From Okamejei kenojei (taxonomy: Eukaryota), in assembly GCA_035221665.1 (NCBI GenBank), contig CM069154.1:5456001-5520000 (forward strand): a stretch of DNA of 64,000 bases. Reading direction: 5' to 3'. Made by a program: the position numbers and the translations under genes. Positions 26,256 to 39,192 of the stretch are shown piece by piece. Under the pieces are notes generated by a model, which was given only the letters and a program-made list of their open reading frames with translations, had not been told where the DNA came from and searched no databases. Every line of letters starts with the position of its first letter. The first letter of the stretch is position 1.

Positions 26256-28060
26256 CCAACCAACCAACCCAGCCAGACCACAGTCTACAAAGAATGGACC
26301 CGGCATCCTCTCCTTCCCATTCACCACTTCACTTAAGGCAAGACTCCAGTATGAAAAGACTGTCACTTCACACCCACTCACAAAGACTGGGCCCTTCTAC
26401 GTCCACCCCCCTCCAATCACCACTTCACACCAAATCACCCACACCCTCTGTGCTGCAAAACATCACTTATCAAATATCAACAATAAAAATAGAGGAGGAG
26501 GAGAGGTATTTCAGAGGACAAAAAAGCCGGAAATCTCCAGGACTTGACAATGTTTCCCCCTCGACTCTTAAGCTCTGTGCCAAACAGCTGGCACCGGTCT
26601 ACACAGACATTTTAAACCAGTCCCTGCAAACATGTACTGTCCCTGCCTGCTTCAAAGTCTCCACTATTGTCACTGCACCCAAAACGGCAAGGATTACTTG
26701 TCTTAATGACTACAGGCCTGTCGCACTGACCTCTGTAGTCATGAAGAAACTCAAAAGGCATGTGCTGGCCAAGCTGAAAAATATCACAAACCCCCTGCTG
26801 GACCCTCTGCAGTTTGCATATCGGGCCAATAGATCTGTGGATGATGCAGTCAACCTGGGCCTGCACTTCATCCTAGACCACCAGGGGACCTATGCGAGGA
26901 TCCTGTTTATTGATTTTAGCTCTGCATTCAACACCATTGTGCCAGAGCTACTACACTCCAAACTTTCCAAGTTGACTGTGCCTGAACCCCTCTGTCGGTG
27001 GATCACCAGCTTCCTGACAGACAGGAAGCAGCATGTGAGGCTGGGAAAGCACATCTCGAACCCGCAAACGCTCAGCATAGGAGCACTGCAAGGCTGCGTA
27101 CTCTCCCCTCTCCTCCACTCTCTCTGCACCAATGACTGCACCTCTACAGACTCCTCTGCCAAACTTCCCAGGTTTGCGGACGATACAACACTGATTGGAC
27201 TGATCCAGGATGGGGAGAAATCTGCTTACAGACAGGAAGTGTCACAGCTGGCGTCCTGGTGCCGTAGCAACAACCTTGAGCTCAATGCTCTTAAGACAGT
27301 GGAATTGATTGTAGACTTTAGGAGAGCTCCCCCTCCCCTCACCCCACTCACCATCAACAACACCACAGTCACATCTGTGGAGTCGTTTAAGTTCCTAGGA
27401 ACCATCACCTCCAAAGACCTTAAGTGTGGGGCGACCATCAACTCCACAGTCAAAAAGGCACAACAGAGGATGTACTTCCTACGGCAGCTGAGGAAGCACA
27501 ATCTGCCACAGGCAATGATGGTCCAATTCTACACGGCCATCGTAGAGTCTGTTCTCACCTTCTCCATCATGGTCTGGTTTGGCTCAGCCACCAAGCACGA
27601 CACCTGGAGGCTGCAACGAATCGTCCGATCAGCTGAGAAGGTTATTGGCTGCAACCTTCCCTCCATTGATGAACTGTACACTGCAAGGGTCAGGAAGCAA
27701 GCAGGCAAGATCATCTCTGACCCCTCTCACGCTGGCCACAAACTCTTTGAATCACTTCCCTCTGGAAGGCGACTCCGGGCTGTCAAAGCTGCCACATAAA
27801 AACAGTTTTTATCCACGAGTAGTTGCTCTACTCAACAGCCAAAAATCTGTAGCCTCCCTTTGATCTGATATTTTGTTGGTTCACATGCTTAATCAATGGT
27901 GTTGTATCATTAATGTTTTATTATTATTAATGTTTAGTATTTTCTGAGTGATTCGTAACTGTCACTGTATGTCATGTTGTTACTTGTGGGCGGAGCACCA
28001 AGGCAAATTCCTTGTATGTGAATACTTGGCCAATAAACTTACTTACTTACTTACTTACTT
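26256..28060 (+). mobile_element. 5'-truncated Rex1/Babar LINE with open 516-aa RT ORF (26249-27799)
   Basis: Same insertion as 2503-4304. Motifs QGCVLSP and FADD; (ACTT)n tail. Confidence 0.92.
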
Positions 28061-28118
28061 AAACCTCAGCTTGTGTTGCTGCAGTGAGAGTGATCTTTCA
28101 TCATTAATGTGCCCACAG

Positions 28119-28442
28119 AGTCAAGGGGAGTAACTGAACCCGAGGAGGTGAGGGGAGAGTTGGGGCAGTCGGTCACTGTGGAATGTCAGTATGATTCGAA
28201 ATATAGAGATTACAACAAGCTGTGGAGTAAAGGTGATGATTACCAGTCATCTTCTACCGTGGTTTCTACTGATGACCCACGACAAGGGAGAACATCGATA
28301 ACTGATGACAAAACACAACAGATAGTTTCAGTAACCATCAACAACCTGGAGAAGAGTGATGAAGGACACTACTGGTGTGAGATAGCAAAGGGAAAACATT
28401 CACACAATGAATCGACCCCCATCTCATTGATGGTTTCTGAAG
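28119..28442 (+). CDS. Gene 2, Ig V-set exon A
   Basis: cccacag|AG ... gaag|gtacgt, 324 bp and open. ESRGVTEPEEVRGELGQSVTVECQY...DEGHYWCEIAKGKHSHNESTPISLMVSE. Confidence 0.85.
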
Positions 28443-28550
28443 GTACGTTGACGATCTCTCCTCACGCTCCCAGATGTGAAAATTCCAGCCTGGGAATTTC
28501 GGCCTCAGTCCTGATGGTGACTCGGTGCCACATCCCCGGGGGTCGAGGTG

Positions 28551-28612
28551 GATGGGGGGGGGGGGGGGGGGGGGGGGGGGGTGGGGGGGGGGGGGGGGGG
28601 GGGGTGGTGGCG
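28551..28612 (+). repeat. Long intronic G tract after Ig exon A (shorter copy at 4797-4832)
   Basis: About 50 nearly uninterrupted G's, about 110 nt downstream of the donor. Confidence 0.9.
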
Positions 28613-29422
28613 GTGCATACATCATTTACTGGGTTCCCGGCCCGTGGAGCCACATGAAGGGCCCACTGTCCCAGGAGCAGTATAGGGGGGGGATGTCAGA
28701 CACCAGCCCCACGGAAGGTCCCAGCTACCGGCGGTTTCTGCTGCTGAGGCTCATTTCCCCAAAGACGATCGCTCCGGGACCAGAACCTCTGCCGCCCCCT
28801 CACTGGGGCAGGTGGGGGAAAACCGGCCCCTCACCCACCAGGGTGGAGAAAGGGGTCAAGGGGGAAGGGGAGGCGCAGGTTAGTAGAAGATAGTTAAAAT
28901 TAGAGAATTCAACGTTCAAACCGTTGGGTTGTAAACTACCTGAGCGTAATATGAGGTGCGGTTCCTCCAACTTGCATGTGGCCTCACTCTGGCAATGGAG
29001 GAGGCCCAGGACAGACAGGTCAGTGTGGGAATGGGAAGGGATGTTGACAGGGTTGGCAACCAGGAGATCAAGACTGGTCCCGACCCGAAAAGGACACCTA
29101 CCCTTTTACTCCAGAGATGCTGCCTGATCTGCCATCAGTCTGAAGAAGGGTCTTGACCCGAAACGTCGCCTATTTCCTTCACTCCATAGATGCTTCCGCC
29201 CTCACCAGCTGAGTTTCTCCAGCATTTTTGGCTACCTGCCGAGTTACTCCAGCACTTTGTGTCAATCTTTGGTGTAAACCAGCACCTGCAGTTCCTTGCT
29301 ACACATGATCTATGCAAAACCATGAACCTGTCTGAACAGCACAAATGACATGTTTTTTATTGTTAAACCTCAGCTTGTGTTGCTGCAGTGTGTGTGATCT
29401 TTCATCATTCATGTGCCAACAG

Positions 29423-29746
29423 GGTCAGGGGGAATAACTGGACCCAAGGAGGTGAGGAGAGAGTTGGGGCAGTCGGTCACTGTGGAATGTCGGTATGGTC
29501 AGGAATACAGTGACAACAGCAAGCTATGGAGTAAAGGTGATTATTACCTGTTATCTAAGACCGTGGTTTCTACTGATGACCCACGACAAGGGAGAACATC
29601 GATGACTGATAACAAAACACAACAGATACTTTCAGTAACCATCGACAACCTGGAGAAGAGTGATGAAGGACACTACTGGTGTGTGATAGCAAAGGGAATC
29701 TTTTCAAGCAATGAAAGGACCTCCATCTCATTGAAGGTTTCAGAAG
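29423..29746 (+). CDS. Gene 2, Ig V-set exon B
   Basis: caacag|GG ... gaag|gtacgt, 324 bp and open. GSGGITGPKEVRRELGQSVTVECRYGQEY...WSKGDYYLLSKTVV...DEGHYWCVIAKG...LKVSE. Confidence 0.9.
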
Positions 29747-31942
29747 GTACGTTGACGATCTCTCCTCACTCTCCCAGATGTGAACATTCCAGCCTGGGAA
29801 TTCCCGGCCTCGGTCCTGACGGTGACTCGGTGTCACATCGCCGGGGGCGGGGTGAAGGGGGGGAGCACATTTACAGGGGTCCATGAGCCCACTGTCCAAG
29901 GAGCAGTGTGTGTGTATGTGTGTGTGTGGGGGGGGGGACCTCGTGAACGGGGACCGGCGGTTCTGCTGCTGGCAGCTCATTTCCCCAAAGACGATCGCTC
30001 CAGGACCAGAACCTCTGCCGTCCCCTCACTGGGGCAGGAGGGGTGGAACCTCACCCTCTCCCCCTGCCCGTCACTGTCACACCAACGCACACACATCATC
30101 TGAAGAAGGGTCCCAACCCTATACATCGTCCGTTCATTCCTTCCACAGATGCTGCCGGACCTGCTGAGTTACTCCAGCACTTTGTGTTTTGCTCAAGATT
30201 CCAGCACCTGCAATTCCTTGTGTCTCACAAACTTTGGTGATTCATGAGCTCAGTTTATTGTTGTCGTCTGTTCCGACGTACAGGGAAAAGCTTTTACCGT
30301 GTTTCCAATGAGAGCCAAGTCACTGGATATTTTTAAGATTCACAGGTTCTCGATTAGTATGGGTGTCAAGCGATATGGGGAGCAGGGAAGAGAATGGGGT
30401 TGAGAGGGAGAGATAGATCAGCCATGATTGAATGGCGGAGTAGACAAAAATGGGCCAAATGACCTCATTCCTCCCCTAACACATGAACTTCATTGCAAGA
30501 GGATTTCAGTACAGGAGTGGAGAGGTTCTTCTGCAGTTGTATAGGGGTCTGGTAAGACCACATCTGGAGTGTTGTGTCCAGTTTAGGTATCCTAATTTGC
30601 GGAAGGACATCCTTGTGATTGAGGCAGTGAACGTAGGTTCACGAGATTGATCCATGGGATGGCGGGACTGTCACACGAGGAAAGATTGAAAAGACTAGGC
30701 TCTAAACTGGAGTTTAGGAGGATGAGTGGAGATCTTATAGAAACATATAAAATTATAAAAGGACTGGACAAGCTCGATGAAGGAAAAATGTTCCCAATGT
30801 TGGGCGAGTCCAGAACCAGGGGGCACAGTCTTAGAATAAAGGGGAGGCCATTTAAGACTGAGGTGAGAAAAAACTTTTTCACCCAGAGAGTTGTGAATCT
30901 GTGGAATTCCCTGCCACAGAGGGCAGTGGAGTCCAAATGACTGGATGGATTTAAGAGAGAGTTAGATGGAGCTCTCAGGGCTAGTGGAATCAAGGGATAT
31001 GGGGAGAAGGCAGGCAAAGGTTATTGATTGGGGACGTTCTGCCCTGATCACAATGAATGGCAATGCTGGCTCAAAGGGCCGAAAGGCCTCCTCCTGCACC
31101 TATTTTCTATGTTTCTATAACTTATGAACGAAGAATCCTCATGAGATCACTGACATGTCATCTTCTGAACTTTTTGTATTATTATAGGGCAGTGCATATT
31201 AAGAATAATTTACTGCCTGGACAGTTCTACCCAACAGACAGAATGAATAAGAATGGAGAAAGAGGACTGTTCTCCTTGTAATATAGGAGCGATCCACTTC
31301 TCCCCGATAAAACTGAACAACACAATATATAAGAATAACCTAATTATACATGATACAATAAGAATTTGGAAACAAATAAAATAGTAAGATTAAACGAGAA
31401 CTTACCTGTTCGAAGTTTGATCATTATTTTACGAGGAGTTACGATGAGGGATTACGTGAAGAGCCCGCCTCACGCTGGCAACGGCATACTTCAAAGCAGC
31501 GGCATGAAAAACACAGAACACCAAAGCCGGAGTAACATAGTAAGGCTCATAAAAAGACTTAGAACTACCATTTGATCATTTATTTTACGAGGGTGGGAGT
31601 GGAGGGCACGTAATCCCTCATCGTAACTCCTCGTAAAATAATGATCAAACTTCGAACAGGTAAGTTCTCGTTTAATCTTACTATTTTACTTCGGAGTCAC
31701 GTGAGTGACTACGTGAAGATTTTAAAGCTTTCTGTGTTTTTTATGTCGTAGAATTAATCCGTACGACAGTCCGGCTAAGTAAACACATACATGAGAAACC
31801 AGACAACTGTTAGATCTTTTCACAATTAACTTTTTTAATGGTTGAAAGACCATATAATACCCTCCTTATATTTGAGGGAAAATGATTACAAGTGACAAAA
31901 GATATCAGTGACTACACAACTGATTATAGCAATTAATAGCAA

Positions 31943-32938
31943 TTAATAGCAAACAAAGCAGGTGATTATAGTGCTCCCCAACACCGCATGTCCAAAGCTT
32001 GTCATAGTGTGAACAGGTTTGTTGTAGAACTTTGAAAAAGTTTCTTCTTTACTCCACCCTGCGATTTTTAAAATATGCTCGAGAGGTACGTCCCGCCCCT
32101 TCGCCGCGGACGTAGCTGCCGCCCTGGTGGAGTGAGATTTGAAGACATCAGTGTCTACTCCCGCTAAAACCAACACCTGTTTCAACCATTTTGAGATAGT
32201 TTGAACTGAAGCTTTTGTGTGTGGCTTTTTGTGCGTAAGCAGTAATGTCTTTTCGTTTCCTCGAAAAGTGTCCGTAACTTTAATATATTGGTTCAAATGT
32301 CTAACCACACACAAAGCAGGCTCAATATGATAAGCTTGAAAGGTTACCTTTGTTCCAGATCTCCCTGGTCTACTTTGTTTGATCAGATCGTAAACATAGA
32401 ACACAACATTATCTGTAGTCACATGCATACAGTCTAAACGCAACATTTGTAAAGTTTGCACTCTTTGAGCTGAGACCAGTGACATTAACATGACCAATTT
32501 CAATGTTAACCTATCCAATGGCAACCCTTCAATTGGAGTCCATTCTCTAAGTAGAGTAAGTACAATGCTCACATCCCAAATTTCTGTATATCTAGGTTTT
32601 GGCGGATTCATGTGAAAAATCCCTTTCATGAATCGTGATATCAATGGATGCGACCCAATTGATTTCTCATCAGTCATAAGTCCTAAATAGGACGACAAGG
32701 CACTGCGTGCAGTGTTAATGGCACTGTAACTTAAATGTTGCTCAAAGTGCAAATTGGCAAGGAATTCCAAAACATGAGTAACATTCACAGAATCATCAGA
32801 AATATTTGACTGTGTGCAAAATTCTTCCCATTTCTTAATATGTGTCATATATTGTTTTTGTGTGCTATCTCGCCATGATGCGCCAATAACTTCCATAGTC
32901 TTGTCCGACAATCCCAGTTCCTGTAGTGGTCTGGTCAA
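31943..32938 (-). CDS. DIRS tyrosine recombinase (intact, 331 aa)
   Basis: SAQR, K, HSTR, GWS and FSKFY catalytic residues, plus an N-terminal LSYSAINTARSALS binding domain. Confidence 0.9.
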   Translation of the reverse strand: MTRPLQELGLSDKTMEVIGASWRDSTQKQYMTHIKKWEEFCTQSNISDDSVNVTHVLEFLANLHFEQHLSYSAINTARSALSSYLGLMTDEKSIGSHPLISRFMKGIFHMNPPKPRYTEIWDVSIVLTLLREWTPIEGLPLDRLTLKLVMLMSLVSAQRVQTLQMLRLDCMHVTTDNVVFYVYDLIKQSRPGRSGTKVTFQAYHIEPALCVVRHLNQYIKVTDTFRGNEKTLLLTHKKPHTKASVQTISKWLKQVLVLAGVDTDVFKSHSTRAAATSAAKGRDVPLEHILKIAGWSKEETFSKFYNKPVHTMTSFGHAVLGSTIITCFVCY

Positions 32939-35900
32939 AACCTGCAGATTAACAAATTCATATATGCATACAATGGGTAACCTTCATTAGTTACTGGATT
33001 AGTCAAGATATCACTACAGTTAGGAATCTGCATATACGGTTCTTTAATCATATTCAGCATAACTGGGAACCAAGGTTGAGTTGGCCAATTTGGAACTACC
33101 AACAATCCGGAAGCTGAATCTTGCTCTATTTTCTTCAAGCATCTCTGAATCAGAGCAAATGGTGGAAAAAGCATAAAAGAACATCTTTCCCCAGTGTAAT
33201 GAAAAAGCATCTACTGCGACTGCGTCCGGATCGTGTTCCCAAGACACATAATGAGGCAATTGATGATTAAAGCCTGGATGCAAACAAATCAATTTCTGGC
33301 AACCCAAATCGGCTAACAATATTCTTAAATATTGCTGGCTTAAGCATCCATTCCGTATTATCTTTAAAAATCCTGGACCTCTCATCTGCTACCACATTGT
33401 CCTTACCTGGAATGTAGCTTGCTGAAATCCATATCTGCCGACCAATACACCATTGCCATATCTCATTGACCAGACAATCACATGATACTGATCTAACTCC
33501 CCCCATGTGATTAATGTAAGCCACAGCCGTTTTATTGTCTAACTGTATTAACACATGTAGACCTTGTTTAGCACAACAATATGCTTTAAGCCCATAAAAG
33601 GCCCCCAATAATTCCAAATAGTTAATACCATACTCTTGAAGAAACACTTCTTCTTCAGCTTTCCATCTACCTCCACAAACTGGAGGATAAATCTGTAGCC
33701 CCCCATCCGAGAGCACTAGCATCTGTTTGTAAAACCATTTCAGGCTGTTTAATCATGATATTCTTAGCAGCTTGTGAGACATTTTCAACCCACCATTGCA
33801 ATTCCAATACTGCTTTTCTTGTTAATTGCATAGGCCTGTCAAAGTGACCTGCCTTATCTTTAAGAGCCCTTACTTTGTCCCTTTGAAGATTTTGATAATG
33901 TAATGGCCCAAATTCCACTGCCGGAAATGCTGCCACCAGTGTACCAATGGCTTTTGCCACTTCTCGGATGGAGGGATAAGGTTTGTGAATGAGGTAATTA
34001 CACATTTGCAAAATATCATTTGCCTTCTTTGTTGGCAAAGTAACTAACATAGTCACTGAGTTAATTACAAACCCCAGAAAGTTAATTGATTGAACTGGCT
34101 GCAGCTGGGACTTAATTGGATGAATTAAGAATCCAAGCTCTTCAAACAAAGCTTTAGTAACTGAAACTGAGTGCTCAGCTGACTCTTGACTATCTTTAAT
34201 AATCAGAATATCATCCAGATAAGCCATTACAAAGTGTTTTCTGTGCTCTTAATTGGGCTAAAACTGGTTTCAACAGTTTTGTAAAGAGTCTAGGAGCCGA
34301 ACTCAATCCATTTGGTAAAGCTTTGAACTGCCATAATTGCCCCTGCCAATAAAACTTTAAGTATCTCCGAAAAAGATGATGAATTGCTACAGAATAATAG
34401 GCGTCTTTCAAATCAATCTTAGCCATATAACAACCTGCTGAAATCAGATATTTTGCAGTACTGAATGTCTCCATCTTAAAATGATTGTATTCTACAAACT
34501 TATTTAGATCTGTAAGGTCTAGAATAATTCTACAACCACCATCTTTCTTATCTCTGCGAAATATATTAGAGACAAATTGATGCTTATGTTCACAAGTTTT
34601 TTCAATTACCCCTTTTCCGGATAATTTGTCAATTTCCACATTAATCTCCATTCTTTCTTCTGCAGAAAACACATAAGCATAAGCAGGTTTATTCTGTACA
34701 GGAGGATTGACCCCTTCTTTAAAAATAATAATAGCTCCCGAAACTGCTTGTAATATAAATCGATCAGAAGTAATATTAAGCCAGGCATTATAAAACTTTT
34801 GCAATCTCCCTCCAACTGGAGATTCATCCACAGTTTCTTTAAGGATAGAAGTCTTTAATACCTCTCCATATGAGCGTGATGGTCTCCTCCTTCCCGAATG
34901 CAGGGAAGCACTGGCCTGCACAGCACGATAATATTTTCGTGACAAATTTCTGCCTCTATAACGAAAATCAGCACCCCTTCGGGCCGAAAACCCTCTTCTT
35001 TGTCCAAAGACAAAAGGCTTAATAGTGCTAAAATATTTAGCTTCTTCATCCAACTGTTTCAGCTGTTTCGGCAGATTTTCTCCAAACAAATACCCAGGAG
35101 CTTGAACTCCACTTTCTTGGCACAGGCTTGCAAATCTAGGGTGAAATATGGGCCGAATCGCCATTTTCCTCATGCAATTGATCTCATAAAACGAATTGCA
35201 CAATAAGCCCAAAGTATCTTTTTGAATCTTTTCCATTTCCAGATTCTCCATTTGCCTGCCATATGCCGTAATGGCAGCAGAAAATAATTTTAGCACCTTT
35301 TGAAATTTCACTTCTTGGGCTCTCATACTTGGAGTCATAGATGCCCATACCATCGGATTCACCGTAGGCACTTCCAATGAGGCACAATTGCCTGGTGTTT
35401 ATATAATTCTGATAATTCATTCATCACAGAATTGTGAAGTTGGTGAGATATCATATAATTGATATTGGCAGCTAGGTTTTCTTCCATAGCCTCACCACTT
35501 CCTTCGGGTATAGCAAAATCTTGTGCTATCCCAGGCACATCAAGCCTTTTCTTTTTACTTTGTGGCGTGCTTTCAAAAGCCATTTCAACTTCAGCAGGGT
35601 CTGCCTTCTGCAGCCCTAATTCCATCGGGATATCATCCCATGAGACTTCTTCCAGCCCAAATCGTGGGTCTGGAGTATCATATTCCCAACTTGGCCCACA
35701 GCCATATTCATCATATTCAAACCCCACAGGGATTTTTTGGGATTCATGTGGGTACTTTGACCCTTGTCTCATAATAGTTTGGAGAACTTTCTCCATATGC
35801 TCCATTTTTAGCCACATAGTTTTATTGTCTGGAGGTCTTTCAGAATCAGAATCATCAGAAACCACGGGCCTCACAGCTTTCTTTTTGCTTTTCTTAGGAG

Positions 35901-36093
35901 CATTTTCCTCCGTGGTTATTATTTCTGGAGAATCTGGAAATTCTATATCGGGTAAATCAGTGGCCAGCGGTATCGGAACCGGGTCCACTCTAGCTTCGCG
36001 TCCCGTATTTTTACTTTCACCCCGGGAGGCTCTCTTCACCCGCGAAACCTTCTTTCCCGATTTCTCCATTTTTGTTAAATTATCTGTGCTCAA
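32935..36093 (-). pseudogene. DIRS gag plus RT/RNase H/methyltransferase-like ORFs, broken by a few frameshifts
   Basis: KKDGGCRIILDL, IDLKDAY, LPNGLSSAP, YLDD, TDAS, INYLEL, DNKTAV, NVVAD, DLFAS and FPPF spread over ORFs 35359, 34211, 33667, 33267, 33044 and 32935. Confidence 0.9.
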
Positions 36094-38111
36094 TCAGCAC
36101 GCTAACGTCTAATTTTTACTTTTACTTTCGATGCTGGAGCCACCCAGCGTAACCTAAAAACCGCCCCGATGTAACTTCACTTACCTGCGGGCCGTTCCGA
36201 CCGCTGCGAGGAGCTGCTCCTTACCGCAGCTCCTCCTTCCGCCGTCAGCGTTGACGTCATGCCGTTGCCAGCGTGAGGCGGGCTCTTCACGTAGTCACTC
36301 ACGTGACTCCGAAGTAAAATTATCCTTAAAATTAAGAAACCTATCTTTGTTAATGCCAATAGTGAATAACCCTTCATTTAAACCATCTCTTATTGATAAA
36401 ACATATAATCAATGGGAAAGAATGGGAATTAAAAGGATCGGTGATATCTATGAAATGGGAAATCTGTTATCATTCCAACAATTCCAATTAAAATTTTAAC
36501 TGAAAAATAACCAATATTTTAAATATCTTCCGATCTGCGACTTCATGAAGAAATACATACAAAGATATCAAAACATAACTTTAGATCCACTGGAAGAAGC
36601 AATGAACATTAAGGCTGACTCACAGAAATTAATATCATATTTATATGATAGTATTTTAAATATAGATTTACCATCGACAGAAGCACTTAGAGAAGAGTGG
36701 GAATGAGAATTAATGATAAAAATTACGAAGGAAACATGGGAAACGTATTTGATATATATACATAAATGTTCCATTAATGTAAGATAAAATTGAATAAAAA
36801 TTTTACATAGATTATATTACTCAAAAACTAGATTGAATAAATTCTATCCAAATACTTCCCCCATTTGTGATAAATGTCTATCCCAAAATGCAACGATAAC
36901 ACACTTTTTTGTCTCCTGCAGAAAATGTTATAAATTCTGGAGTGATATTTTTTAAATATTTACAAAATTATTTAAGATAAAAATGGAACCTAATACTGCA
37001 ATTATTGTATTTGGAGTAATGGCAGATGGGAATGAATTGAACTCATCTCAAATTTTATTTTTTAATTATCGGTTAATAACGGCAAAAAAACGTATACTTA
37101 ACTTTTGGAAAAATACAGCCATACTAATGCTTAAAATGTGGATTTCAAACAAGTTGGACACTGCACATCTTGAGGAAACGCGATTCCTCCTAATAGATAA
37201 ATCAGACCAATTTTTAACGAGTTGGTCTCCATTTGTCCATTTTTTGGAAGCATATGGTGCAACAAAATGGTAGAAGCTAACTGTTTCAGGATTGGGAGAG
37301 GGATAGTCACGAATATAGATAATGATCTCCTTAATCTCTTACTTTCTACTCTTTCTCTTTCTTTTTTCTTTTTCTTTTTCAACTTTCTTCTTTCACACTT
37401 TTTTCTTTCTCACACACTATATATCACATGTTTCTATCTGTTATTATCTTTTCTCTCTTTTTCCTTTTCATTATTAAAAAGAATAACAATAAGAAGCTGT
37501 ACATAAAATGTAACGTCAATATATATTAGGCACCTTGGTGCCATATTCCTGTACTTACTTTTAATAAAATAAAATTTAAAAGAAAATAATTTTTTTTTAA
37601 AAACTACAAAAATGAGATGACTGATATGGACTTTACACTGAGCCGCACAAACTGCACAAGATGAAATACTCAACGGGTTGGGCAGCATCTGTGGAGAGAG
37701 AACGAGAGTTAATGTTTCATGTAGATACCTCCAACCTAATTGCATTATTTCCAATTCAGCCCACGTAATTAAAATAGTCCATGAATCCACCCGCTCCCAC
37801 TTTAAGTTCTTCTCCAACGTAGAAGACATGTGCCTAACTCTAGCAGCAGGAAGATAACACAGCCCGTGGGACTCTGAAGGGCATGAAAGACGTCTCTGAA
37901 TGCTTGCGACCATCCGGTAGCATCTTAATGGGTGAGCCTCCTGTCTAGATCAAGAGGCATGGTCCATCTATGGTGGCCTCAGAAGGATCTTTGCCCAAAT
38001 ATGTGTAGTGGGATTCAAACAAAGAATCTCCCCCACACACCACTAAAGTGGCACAGAACGTGCTTTCAGACATTTAATGTTCAAAAACGTCATTTTCTTT
38101 ATCTCCACAAG

Positions 38112-38268
38112 GGTCTCAAACAAGCCGCCCAGACATGGTCACCTCCAACTCTACAACAATAAGCACAAGGGCTTCCACCACAACCACTCTCACCACCCTG
38201 ACTCAAGATGCACCAACCACCAAGAAAGCAAGTTCCATTGAGTCTCCTGGTTCAACACCTCCAAACAG
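38112..38268 (+). CDS. Gene 2, mucin-like stalk exon
   Basis: atctccacaag|GG ... aacag|gttagt. GSQTSRPDMVTSNSTTISTRASTTTTLTTLTQDAPTTKKASSIESPGSTPPN, with an in-frame 15-bp indel relative to gene 1. Confidence 0.8.
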
Positions 38269-39192
38269 GTTAGTAACTTGAAGAGCCAACTCAGCCTCAC
38301 CTGAGAACAAATTAGTTAAGTTCAATTCAGCTCAATGTAAAGATACAGTGTGGAAATGGACCCTTTGGCCCACTGAGTCCACTCTAAGCAGCGATCACCC
38401 CATACACCAGTTCTGTTCTACACACTAGGGACAATTTACTACAAACCCGTACGTCTTTGGAATGTGAGAGGAAATTGGGGAATCCAGAGTAAACTCTTGC
38501 GATCACAGCGAGAACGTACAAACTATGTACTGACAGCACTGGTGGTCCGGTAGGATCGTATCCTATTGTCGGTAAAATCAGTCCCAGTACTTTGAGAAAG
38601 CGTGGCTGATCACATTCCAGTCCATTGATAAATATTCCTTGGCCCTGACTAAAGTCCCTCTGTCCTTAGTACACCCAGTGGCCCTACCGTTGTCAATGTC
38701 TACCCTTATTTGTTGCCAAAAACAAATAACTTCACACTTATCACGGTTCAATACCTGCTGGCATTACTCTGCCCAACATACCAGTTACTTCTTATCCCTC
38801 TGTGGTTTATGATTAGCGTACTATGCAAAATGATACAATTTTGGTGTAATCTGTAAACTCGTTAATCATACTTCCAACATTAACATCTAAGGCCGGCAGA
38901 TGGGACTAGTGTAGATAAGGGCATCTTGGTCGGCGTGGGGTAATTGGGTCAAAGGACATGTTTTCGTGCTGTATGTCTGACCACCAACAAGAACATCTAA
39001 GTTGTTAATGTATGTAGTTATGGAACACCTCCAAGGAATGGGTGCATGTTGCGATATAAACATCTCACCAATGTCTACGCCACAACCTTGGATCACACTG
39101 AATGATTCCATGTGCAATATGATGAAAAAAAATGCCAGCGTTGATCTTTGATAACTCTGTGTGGAAGTAATAATATTTCCGTGGATTTCCAG

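Larger units (their letters stand above)
31377..36320 (-). mobile_element. Near full-length DIRS1-type tyrosine-recombinase retrotransposon
   Basis: Gene order gag-RT-RNaseH-MT-YR. Inverted terminal repeats and an internal complementary region (ICR) at 31607-31719. Confidence 0.95.
31158..37611 (+). mobile_element. L1/Tx1 LINE 3' fragment, private to gene 2 and split by DIRS
   Basis: Homologous to the 3' part of 7056-10589. A-rich tail. About 17-bp TSD atgagat(c/g)actga(c/t)atg at 31141 and 37612, with the empty site near 10877. Confidence 0.85.

Noticed and set aside
26249-27799. Intact 516-aa RT as a domesticated or host gene
   Set aside because: It is a 5'-truncated Rex1 with no endonuclease and no ATG start, and the same insertion is frameshifted in copy 1.
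31943-32938. Phage-integrase-like gene as bacterial contamination or horizontal transfer
   Set aside because: It is the YR gene of a DIRS retrotransposon with gag, RT, RNase H and ITR/ICR structure.
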